Of a stretch of 64,000 bases of DNA, positions 40,736 to 51,200 are shown piece after piece (position 1 is the stretch's first letter; each line of letters opens with the position of its first letter). Origin of the DNA: Eledone cirrhosa (Eukaryota). The position numbers and the translations under genes were made by a program. Where the stretch lies: NCBI GenBank assembly GCA_964016885.1, contig OZ024744.1, positions 15,500,001-15,564,000 of the forward strand, read 5' to 3'. The notes under the pieces are model-generated. The model was not told the DNA's origin. It searched no databases and saw only the letters and a list, made by a program, of their open reading frames with translations.

Positions 40736-41352
40736 ATATATATATGATGATATATATATATATAGTATAAAAGAGAAAACACAGGTAAGCATTAAGAGAA
40801 GGATTTTATCCAGGTATTTACGACCGTTTCATTGGTAAGTGCAACCTTATATTGCTATACTGCAAATAGCAGCCTCTCAATTATAATTGTTGTTCACAGT
40901 CCAAATTTTCAAAATAGTAAGTTACTCTTGAAATAATTCTTAATATATAGAGAAAAACATTTATTTGGAATTGTATTTACTAGTATAGAGAGAGAGGAAT
41001 CAGGTGAGGGGACAGACGGAATAGTATAGAGACTGAGGAAGGAGGAAGAGGTAGGAAGTAGAGTGACAAACTGAGATAGAGGGAGGGGTAGAGGTGGAAG
41101 GATTCCTTGGTCAGTTTTGATAGCTGACTTCATGTCGTGGAATGTAGTGAGTTAAAGAGAATTAAATTGATCATAGTGGGAGGGTTTGAACGGAATTCTT
41201 ACAAACTTGTGGAGTTACCCCTAACCGTACGTTGAAACCATCCATGAAACTGGCTTTCTTAACCAAAAACTGGATCACAATAAGCAATTTTTTGCTTCTC
41301 TAACTACAGGCTCCTTATCGGTCGAGCAACCACCTAAACATACGGTACTACT

Positions 41353-41976
41353 ATGGAAAAGCATTACATAGGTATGTCCCTACAGAACATTCCTATACCT
41401 CGGAGAAAGGATTATACTCTCGGGATGATACAGCGAACAAACGACTTTATACTCAGAGTTAGATGGAAAACTTTCCATTTCGACAAAGGACGTAATGGTC
41501 GCACCGTGGAATACAACAAGGAAACATATGGCTTCAAATCGTGTAAGAACCCACTACCAACCCCCAACTGGATGCCTTTGAACAGGACTTACTGAAGATG
41601 ATTATGAATATCAAATTCAAAAAGCGGAGGAATAATAAACTCCAGAATGACATAAATAGATTCCTAAAAAAGCTGCGAACCACCAATGGAATTATTGTCA
41701 AAGCGGACAAAACATCAAATGTGTATAGGATGGATGTTAATACATACAATAGCTTCATACGGAAGGAATTACATAGGAAATACAAAAAAACAAATGAGGC
41801 GGCACTGATAAACATCAACGAGGCAAACACCTAGGAATACACAACAGAACAGAGCCACTTAGGCCATGTACCCCCACATTTAACCTCAAAGACCACAAGT
41901 TAAATTTTGATTATAACCCCACAATTAGACTTATATGCCCGCCCAAATCGGACATCGGGAAAGTTAGTAAACATAT
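41353..41976 (+). pseudogene. PLE ORF, N-terminal part
   Basis: MSLQNIPIP, RVRWK, YGFKS, VKADKTSNVY, LKDHK..F, IRLICP.KSDIGKVSK; frameshifts. Confidence 0.85.
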
Positions 41977-44900
41977 ATGCTAGAGCAAAAGGAAATTGAT
42001 GTATGCTGTGTGCAAGAGACTAGATGGAGAGGAGAGTCTGCTAGAGTCCTGGTAGGAAAAAGGCGGTGCTACTAATTTTCTGGGTAGGAAATGACGATGG
42101 GATGGGTGGTGTAGGTATACTAGCTGACAAGTGGGTAGATAAAGTAATCTCAGTGTACAGGGTAAATGCAAGAATCATTAAACTCAGACTAGTCCTGAAT
42201 AAAACAATTACCACAATAATATCAGCTTACGCACCCCAATCGGGGCTGCCAGACGAACTTAAGGATAGGTTTTACGAGTCCCTAATGCACACTACTGCTC
42301 TAACAGACGACAATGATTTCCTAATCATCGCAGGAGATTTTAACGGACACGTAGGTAAAGACTGCGATGGCTTGAATAGAGTACATGGAGGCCATGGGGT
42401 TGGCACAAGAAATGAGGAAGGATTCAGACTTCTAGAATTCTGCGACGCCAATGACATGTCGATATGTAACACAAACTTTAAAAAACCTGACAACCACCTG
42501 ATCACCTATAGATCAGTGGAGCACTCCAGTCAGATAGATTTTATCCTCATCAGAGGACGTGACAGATGGACGGTCGTAAACACAAAAGCCTTCCCTAGTG
42601 AGGAATGTACATCACAACATAGCTTAGTTGTCAGCGACCTCAGTCAGAACTAGACAAACCTGGAAACAGAGGCCAACCTGGAGAAGAAAGATCTGGAAGC
42701 TGAAAGATCCCTCAACCAGTAACAGATTTAAAAATATTTTACTCAACGCCTACGACAGTAAAGAAGAACATATAGAGACATTCAATGTAGAAGAGAACTG
42801 GGAGTTCCTAAAAAATAACTTACTAGAGGCGACGGATGAGGTCTGTGGCTGGAGTAAGATCTCAAGCAGGAGGAGAGTGACATGGTGGTGGAACAATAAG
42901 GTAGATGAGGCAGTTAAGGCCAAGAGACAGGCATGGAAAGAATGGAAGAACGGGGGGAGCAGGGTACATTACATAGAGACCAAGAGGGAAGCTAGGCGAC
43001 AAGTATACTTAGCTAGGAGGGAAGCAGAGGATAGAAAATTCAAGCATGTTTTGCAACGTGAGGACCAGAAACAGGAGGTGTTCAAGATTGCGAGGCAGTG
43101 TGTCAGAGAGAGTTGTGATGTCATTGGAGAGAAGTGTATCCAGAATGATAAAGGTGAGCTTGCCCTCACAAGTGCTGAGAAGAAAGATGCATGGAAGAGT
43201 CATTATGATAGATTCTCTAAATGAGGAGAATGCATAGGAAGAAGAGACCCTACCCCAAGTAGACCCTATAGAGGGGCCAGCAGTACAAGTCAGCAGCAAT
43301 GTAGTAAGTAAGGCAATCAAAGATATGAAGATGGGGAAAGCAACCAGTCCATCGGGTATAGCTGCCGAGATGCTGAAGACATCTGGGTCTGTAGGTCCCA
43401 CTATAACCACACGTATTGTTAACCAGGTAATACTAGAAGGTGTCATACCAAAAGATTGGTGCAGTAGCATCATTGTCAACTGCTACAAAGGTAAAGGTGA
43501 TGCACTAGATAGAGGAAACTATAGAGGTAAAAAGCTGATGGACCAGGTCATGAAAGTAACAGAAAGAGTTATAGCACAGTTGATTAGAGACCGGGTGAAA
43601 CTAGACGAGATGCAATTTGGGTTTGTACCAGGAAGAGGCACCACTGATGCCCTCTTCCTTGTGAGGCAGTTACAGGAAAAGTACCTAGCTAAAAGTAAGC
43701 CACTCTACCTGGCATTTGTCGACCTTGAGAAAGCCTTTGACAGAGTTCCACGTGCTGTAATCTGGTAGGCTCTTAGAAAACTAGGAGTAGATGAATGGCT
43801 TGTGAAAGCGGTACAAGCCATGTATAGGGGAGCAGTCAGCAAAGTTAGGATTAGCAATGAGTATAGCGAGGAATTTAGCGTACAGGTTGGGGTCCACCAG
43901 GGCTCTGTTCTTAGCCCCCTCCTGTTCATCATAGTCCTGCAGGCAATAACGGAGGAGTTTAAGACCGGATGCCCATGGGAACTCCTGTATGCTGATGACC
44001 TCGCACTTATAGCTGAATCTATGGTAGAACTAGAGAAGAAATTCCAAACTTGGAAGGGTCTCAAAGTCAACATGACAAAGACTAAGGTGCTTGTAAGTAG
44101 ACGAGAAAACAGAACCCAGATCCCCTCAGGGAAATGGTCTTGCTCAGTATGTAGGAAAGGTGTAGGTAGGAACTCCATTCTCTGCCCCAAATGCAAACAA
44201 TGGGTACACAAGAGATGTAGCGGGATCTCAGGAAGCTTAATTAAGAATGTAGGCTTCACATGCAGCAGCTGTGCTGGGACAGCAAGCAGCAAAAAGCCAC
44301 AGGAAACAAGTACCACCAATCTCTGGGAGGGCTCTGTAGAAACAGTAGACAGCTTCTGCTACCTAGGTGACCAAATTAGCAGCGGAGGTGGGTGTTCAGA
44401 AAGTACAATAACTAGGGTAAGAACGGGATGGAAGAAGTTTAGGCAACTACTACCACTGCTAGCTGCAAAAGGCTTCTCCCTCAAAATGAAAGGCAGACTG
44501 TATGATGCGTGTATCCGAACAGCGATGTTGCATGGTAGTGAGACCTGGGCTGAAGGTGGAAGACTTACGTAGATTAGAGAGAAACGAAGCCTGCATGCTC
44601 CAATGGATGTGTAACAGTAATATACGCGAACGACAAAGCATAAATGAATTGAGAGAGAGACTGAGCATAAGAGGAATCAAATGCTGTGTGCAGGAGAGGC
44701 GGTTGCGCTGGTATGGACATGTGATGCATATGAAGGATGACAGCTGCATAAAAAGGTGCAGAGCACTAGAAGTCGATGGAAACCACGGAGTGGGGAGACC
44801 CAAGTTGACCTGGGATGAGGTAATAAAAGCCGACCTTACCCAATTACACCTCTCAAAGGCGATGACACACGACCGTGACCTCTGGCATCACGCAGTAATA

Positions 44901-45228
44901 CAGAGTACCCAACCTCCCATGGGTACAAGCTGAAGCATATAGACAATATGCCCCCACACCCCCCACCGCAAGGTGGTTGTGGAGGTGCCACGGCAAAAAA
45001 GCACCCAGCCCGCACTGTAAAGTGGACGTGTAGGCGCCACGAAAAAGCACCCATCGGTAGGTTGAGAGTTCAATTCTCAGGCCGGGTGATGTGTTCCTGT
45101 ATGATGTGTTCCTGTATGAGCAAGGCATGGTCAGCCGACCAGACACTGCCCACAACAGGACAACCCGTCTAACCCATGCTAGCGTGGAAGAACGGACGTA
45201 AAATGGTGATGATGATGATGATAATGAT
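41977..45228 (+). mobile_element. RTE LINE inserted in the PLE ORF
   Basis: APE-RT-PHD ORFs 42066-44933; splits PLE ...VSKHI|LDRVI... with a short ATAT duplication or microhomology. Confidence 0.96.
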
Positions 45229-46945
45229 ATTAGACAGAGTGATAGCACAAATGAAGAATAAACTAGTGATTAAACTATGGGGTAACGCTTCCGAAACAAT
45301 TAAGTGGTTTAACAATATAGCTAACAAAGAAGTATCTAAATTTATACAATTTGACATTAACGATTATTACTCATCTATATCCCCCAACACTTTGGATAAA
45401 GCCTTAGCATTCGCCAAAGCCAATTCTGACATAACAGACGACGAGATAAAAATCATATTAGCTGCTAGGAAAACAATAATTAAATTTGAAAACGCCTATT
45501 GGGAACGTAAGTATAGATTAAATAACTTTGACATCACGATGGGGGCTAACGACTCGGCTCAAGTCACAGATTTAGTAGGTATTTACATAGCCCATAGTTT
45601 ACAAAGTGAGTTTAGCGACCTTCATGGTGGAATCTACAGAGACGACGCCCTTCTCCTAGTTAAGAACCTAAATAACCAGAGCATAGAAAGACTCCGTAAG
45701 AATATTAGAAAGACTCTCGGAAAACTAGGCCTTAGCATAACATATGAGTATAGCACTAAAACAGTTAACTTTCTAGACGTGATGCTTAACCTTAATACGG
45801 GACTTATAAGACCTTTTCACAAGATTAATGAAAACTTAGCATACATCAACTGTAACTCAAACCACCCACTATCCATAATTAAATCCAATCCACGCAACAT
45901 ATCCCTTAGGATTTCCCACCTCTCGTCTAACCGACAAATCTTCGAAGAACATGCAGAATACTACAATACCGCATTAGACAAGGCAGGCCACTTAGATAGA
46001 GTAGAATATATAGATGAAAGCCTCCGTGAAGCGCACACGAACACGCATAACACAAACTCCGGTATCACACGCACACACGCACTTACACATAGAACTGCAA
46101 AGTATACGGCAAATAGAAATACAACATCGAAATCAAACAAGTCACGCAGTAGAAAATATATTTGGTATAACTCCATATTTAACACCTCTATTAGTACTAA
46201 CCTACCCTCTACCTTCTTTAGAATAATAAATAAGCACTTTCCAGATTCACATAGATACAGCAAAATCCTTAACACTAAATCTATTAGACTATCTTACTCC
46301 ACGGCACCAAATATAGAGGCACACATTAAGATGCTTAACTCTAAAAAGATATATAACAACACCAGAACACAAATTTACAACAATAACAATACAATCACCA
46401 CCGAACACAACAGATATCTAATACACAACCACCCGCTAATAGGCAAACAAAACGTAACACACTTGTACAGGCATCGCAGCCCACAAATAATGCCAAAGTT
46501 GCCCATGACAAGAACTGTAACTGCCACCTACCTGAAACCTGTCCATTACATAATGAATGTATGCAGTCTAACCTGGTTTACCAATGCACAGTGGAATCAG
46601 ACAACCAGAAATGGTATTACATCGGAGCGACTGGGAATACATTTAAAGCCCGTTGGTTTACACACCGTTACGCAATGAAACATTCCCAGCCTCGGTATGT
46701 AACTACCCTTGCAAACAAGACCTGGCAACTGAGGGAAAGTAACCATCAATACACCCTGAAGTGGAAAAAAATTATCAAACGCGCCGCCATATCGGAGTGG
46801 TATGAGAAGCTGTCGATTATGCGACCTTGAGCTGTTCCACATCTTAAGTTCGAAGAATAAGTTACTCAACAATAAAATCGAGAGATCAATTTATTGTAAC
46901 CATAGACTCAAAGAGAAGTTTTCACACTACAAATCGAACCCTTAA
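45229..46945 (+). pseudogene. PLE RT plus Cys linker plus GIY-YIG endonuclease
   Basis: QFDINDYYSSI, FDITMGA, IYRDD, VNFLDV; CNC-x5-CPL-x3-C linker; LVYQC...YYIGATGNTFKARW; CRLCDLE; frameshifted. Confidence 0.92.
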
Positions 46946-47992
46946 CCTCTTACTACCAACTGACAAACTGCATATACTTAGACTTTATACCCTCTTGTTG
47001 TATCTAAACCCTTTAATTACCCACAAAACCAATACATATATCCCCCTCTTCTCCCTCATTCCTCTTCTATTTATACGTTTTCTTCCTTCCTTCCCTCCCC
47101 TTCTTGGCTATCTTTTCTTTTTTTCTTTCTCACCCCCTTCTTTGCTTTTATTTTTGTCATTATTATCTTTATCTTTATTTTTTATATATATATATTTATC
47201 TCTTTATATCTCCCCCCTCTCTCTCTCCCTCTCTATCCATCCCTCCCACTATGATCAATTTAATTCTCTTTAACTCACTACATTCCATGACATGAAGTCT
47301 GCTATCAAAACTGACCAAGGAATCCTTCCACCTCTACCCCTCCCTCTATCTCAGTTTGTCACTCTACTTCCTACCTCTTGCCCCTTCCTCTCTCTCTATA
47401 CTATTCCATCTGTCCCCTCACCTTCTGATTCCTCTCTCTCTATACTAGTAAATACAATTCCAAATAAATGTTTTTCTTTATATATTAAGAATTATTTCAA
47501 GAGTAACTTACTATTTTGAAAATTTGGACTGTGAACAACAATTATAATTGAGAGGCTGCTATTTGCAGTATAGCAATATAAGGTTGCACTTACCAATGAA
47601 ACGGTCGTAAATACTTGGATAAAATCCTTCTCATAATGCTTACCTGCGTTTTCTCTTTTATACTTTATACTCCAAGATTGAACGGAATTCTTACAAACTT
47701 GTGGAGTTACCCCTAACCGTAAGTTGAAACCATCCATGAAACTGGCTTTCTTAACCAAAAACTGGATCACAATAAGCAATTTTTTGCTTCTCTAACTATA
47801 TATATATATATACACAGTTCAAGAGTAACCAATCTTAAAGAGAGAGATGGAGATAGTAGAGGAGATATGAGAGGAGAGATTGGTGAGTTAGTTAGAAGCC
47901 GAAGCGTAAAGGCATGTGCTCAATGTGCAATATGCAGTAGAAAGCAGCTAGGTGGCTGGGTTCATGCAGAAGTTAGGTGCGCAGAGCTGGAA

Positions 47993-48482
47993 ATATTCAT
48001 TAGTTAAGCAAAACAAGACCACAAACTTCATAAGGAAGACATTATTAAAAGATTGTCAACATATTTTAGTTTGATGTAAGGAATGTAGAGAATAATAATA
48101 ACATTAATAATATTAATAATAATAATGTCCGTTTACAATTGTTTCGCTACTCCATATAATATTTCTGGATCAGATGACTATATATCATAATTGATCTGGT
48201 TCAGTTGAAAATAATTAACATATTTAAAAAACAGAGTGGCTCATCGGAACTTCAAAGGAATATAAATTAAAATAATGGGATAATGTTACATAATATAATG
48301 TTCCAAATAGATACAGAAATATTATATGGAGTAGCGAAACAATTGTAAACGGACATTATTATTATTAATATTATTATTATTATTCTCTACATTCCTTACA
48401 TCAAACTAAAATATGTTGACAATCTTTTAATAATGTCTTCCTTGTGAAGTTTGTGGTCTTGATTTGCTTAACTAATGAATAT
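47993..48482 (-). mobile_element. ~490-bp non-coding fold-back element with ~170-bp inverted arms
   Basis: 47993-48167 is the reverse complement of 48314-48482; 146-bp spacer; (TA)n at the right flank. Confidence 0.85.
48128..48259 (-). ncRNA. Putative minimal type I hammerhead ribozyme (U4C variant)
   Basis: Minus strand GTT-CCGATGA-GCCACTCTGT...ATGGAGTAGC-GAAAC-AATT-GTA-AAC: stem II 9/10 pairs, stem III with palindromic AAUU loop, stem I GUU/AAC plus UCC/GGA. Confidence 0.65.
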
Positions 48483-48515
48483 ATATATACACATATACAT
48501 ATATATATATATACA

Positions 48516-48547
<32 letters not shown>

Positions 48548-48548
48548 A

Positions 48549-49870
48549 AGCAGGGAAAAACAACAACCCAATCTAGCAACATTGTCATCAATGGTCTAAC
48601 TGTTTCACCGATATCTGATGAGGACTGCTACAGATACCTGGGGATAGATGAGAACATATCCTATAATGGTATCTGTAATAAAGAACGCGTAACCAAGGAA
48701 TACTACACCCGATTAAGAAAGATCTGATCATCGGAACTCTCTGCGTAAAACAAAACAGTGGATCACAATGTGTTTCCTGTGCCTGTCCTAACACCAACGT
48801 TTGGAATACTCAATTGGACGATAGACGAAATCCAAGTAGTTGATGTTGGAACTCGAAAAATTCTGAACAACACCAGAAACTTCCACATCAACAGTAACAT
48901 AGACCACCTTTACTTGAAATGTAAGCAGGGAGACAGAGGCCTAACATCAGTCCAGACAACATTTGAATGTCGCATCATATCTCCCCGACAACATCTACGA
49001 ACCTCGAAGCGTAGGAGCCTGCTTCTCGAGCAAGTCTATCGGCATGAAACAGATAAGATCATGAGAGTTGGGAAGGAACTCCTTGAGAGATATTCCCTGT
49101 GTGATAATCAAAAGCTCACACCCAGGGATGTCGCTCAGCAGTATTGCAGTGAATCCATGGATGAAAAACTGCATGCCTATCAGCAAAACATCATGCATGG
49201 ATATGTTGCCAGGAAGCTCCAGAGTGAGAGTAATATAGATAAGGAAAGTAGTCTATCTTGGACCAACAACCGCTATATTGGCTCCCACTTTGAAGGATAC
49301 ACTTTTGCAATCCAGGAACAGGAGATTAGCACGAAATACCTGATTCACAAAAGAGATAGGGATGCAGGCAAAACACCTAGATGTGATAATAAGTGCAGAC
49401 TCTGCAGAACTAACGTCAGGGGATATCACCCATGTCATCAGCAGCTGCCCAAAGATGTCATCGCGGTACTATCTACCTATGAGGCATGATGTAGTGGCCA
49501 AAACAATGCAGTTTGTAAAAAAGATAGCCCCGATAATAAACACATTAAAAGCTACAACAATGTGGAAGACATCCATGTACATAATATGAAAGAGTACTGG
49601 TGGAATGTTCCAGTAAAAACCCCAATAAAATGCAGGCATAACAGACCAGATATTATGATATGGGACAGGGAGAAGAAAACATGCACAGTAGTGGAAATTA
49701 GTTGCCCAGCAGATGCCAATATAATATCAAAGATTAGTGAAAAGGAGAATATTTATGCAGAACTGATGAGAAATCTGCAGATACTCCACCCTGGTTACAC
49801 CTTCAGATTTATGCCTGTGATTATTGGGGCACTGGGATATGTTAATAACAATCCATTAATGGAACAGTAA
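48549..49870 (+). mobile_element. R4/Dong-like RLE non-LTR element, 5'-truncated and degenerate
   Basis: YRYLG, LYLKCKQGDRGL, CRLC...HVISSC...RHD zinc knuckle, NRPDIMIWD...VVEISCP PD-(D/E)xK endonuclease; next to (TACA)n. Confidence 0.85.
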
Positions 49871-50143
49871 AAATATGTAAAACATTCCAAAAATTTTGCA
49901 TCTAATAACTGCATATACACATGTACAGATACAAAGCATATACACATGCACACATACAACTCAAAACATACACATTCCCACATACAATAACATCCATATC
50001 TACACATGCATGCATACATACATATCTACCTAGTTGATGTTGTGTACATTCCAATGAGAGAGTCTTGTGTCTATGTTAGAAACCGACTCTCTCTCTCTAT
50101 TGGTAAAACTTTGTGACATTATAAAACCAGAAGAACATACATA

Positions 50144-50345
50144 CATCATCATCATCATCATCATCAACGTTTAACGTCCGTGTTCCACGCTTGCATGGGT
50201 TTGGACGGGGGTATTCCCACTTGAGGCAAGAGTGATTGTCTTGCTCGCATAGGACTGTCTGGCAGGTTTTCTACAGTTGGATGCCCTTCCTAACACCAAC
50301 TACATTTACAGTGTGGGTCTGGGAGGTTTTTACCGTGTTGCCTAC
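50144..50345 (-). mobile_element. RTE 3' UTR/tail fragment
   Basis: Reverse complement of 35260-35468. Confidence 0.85.
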
Positions 50346-50365
50346 ATACATACATATATATATAT

Positions 50366-50557
50366 ATAGGAACCAGTAAGACCCCGACAGCTGAGCTCAA
50401 GCCGTTTCGACGGCTAATTCTGGACTGAATTAGCCGTCGAAACGGCTTGAGCTCAGCTGTCGGGGTCTTACTGGTTCCTATTACCCACTCTACTACCTCA
50501 AGTATTGAGTACTTTGGTGCGTTATGGTCCACCTGGTTCCTTACCACATTTCCTTCG

Positions 50558-50560
<3 letters not shown>
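50366..50560 (+). mobile_element. ~195-bp fold-back element, copy B (116-bp hairpin at 50366-50481 plus tail)
   Basis: Perfect 55-bp arms with 6-nt loop TGGACT; (TA)n on both sides; homologous to 30619-30816. Confidence 0.8.
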
Positions 50561-50641
<81 letters not shown>

Positions 50642-50643
<2 letters not shown>

Positions 50644-50990
50644 AGGCACATGGCTTAGTGATTAGAGCATTGGCCTTGCAATCGGAAGGTTGAGAGTTCA
50701 ATTCTCAGGCCGGGTGATGTGTTGTTTCCTTGAGCAAGACGCTTTATTTCACATTGCTCCAGTTTACTCAGTTGTAGAAATGCAAAGTGGTTGTGGAGGT
50801 GCCACGGCAAAAAAGCACCCAGCCCACACTGTAAAGTGGTCGTGTAGGCGCCACGGAAGAAAAGAACCCAGCACTCACTGTAAATGAGGTTAGTATTAGG
50901 AAGGGCATCCAGCTGTAGAAATCAAGCCAGAATCAGTTCCCGTCCCACCCTTGCAAGCAGGGAAAAGCGGACGTAAAATGATGATGATGA
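50642..50990 (+). mobile_element. Chimeric tRNA/CORE-like SINE with RTE-derived tails
   Basis: A/B boxes (TGGCTTAGTGA, GAGTTCAATTC), CCTTGAGCAAGAC CORE-like block, then the subfamily A 3' UTR and subfamily B terminus with (GAT)n. Confidence 0.75.
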
Positions 50991-51000
50991 TATATATATA

Positions 51001-51200
51001 TCATCATCACCATTTTATGTCTGTTCTTCCATGCTAGCATGGGTTAGATGGATTGTCCTGTTGTGACCATGTCTTGCTCATATGGAACTAATTCTGGCTT
51101 GATTTCTACAGCTCGATGCCCTCCTAACACCAACCTCATTTACAGTGAGTGCTGGGTGCTTTTTTACTGTGGCGCCTACACAACCACTTTACAGCCCACC
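51001..51200 (-). mobile_element. RTE 3' UTR/tail fragment
   Basis: Reverse-complement homolog of 13130-13335. Confidence 0.8.

Larger units (their letters stand above)
40764..47798 (+). mobile_element. Penelope-like element (Naiad-like), interrupted by an RTE LINE
   Basis: Inverted pLTR piece 40764-41184 (reverse complement of 47241-47664); direct repeat 41186-41306 = 47678-47798; (TA)n on both flanks; RT and GIY-YIG ORF. Confidence 0.93.

Noticed and set aside
46510-46945. Selenocysteine-encoding Naiad (in-frame UGA plus SECIS)
   Set aside because: The Cys motifs are encoded by TGT/TGC; no in-frame TGA at those positions and no convincing SECIS seen.
47993-48482. Ordinary MITE interpretation of the inverted arms
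   Set aside because: Not excluded, but disfavoured: no recognisable superfamily TIR/TSD, and arm plus spacer together form a hammerhead fold.
48615-48622. CTGATGAG hammerhead core
   Set aside because: Lies in the coding frame of the R4/Dong-like element (ISDEDCYRYLG), with no matching stem II and GAAA.
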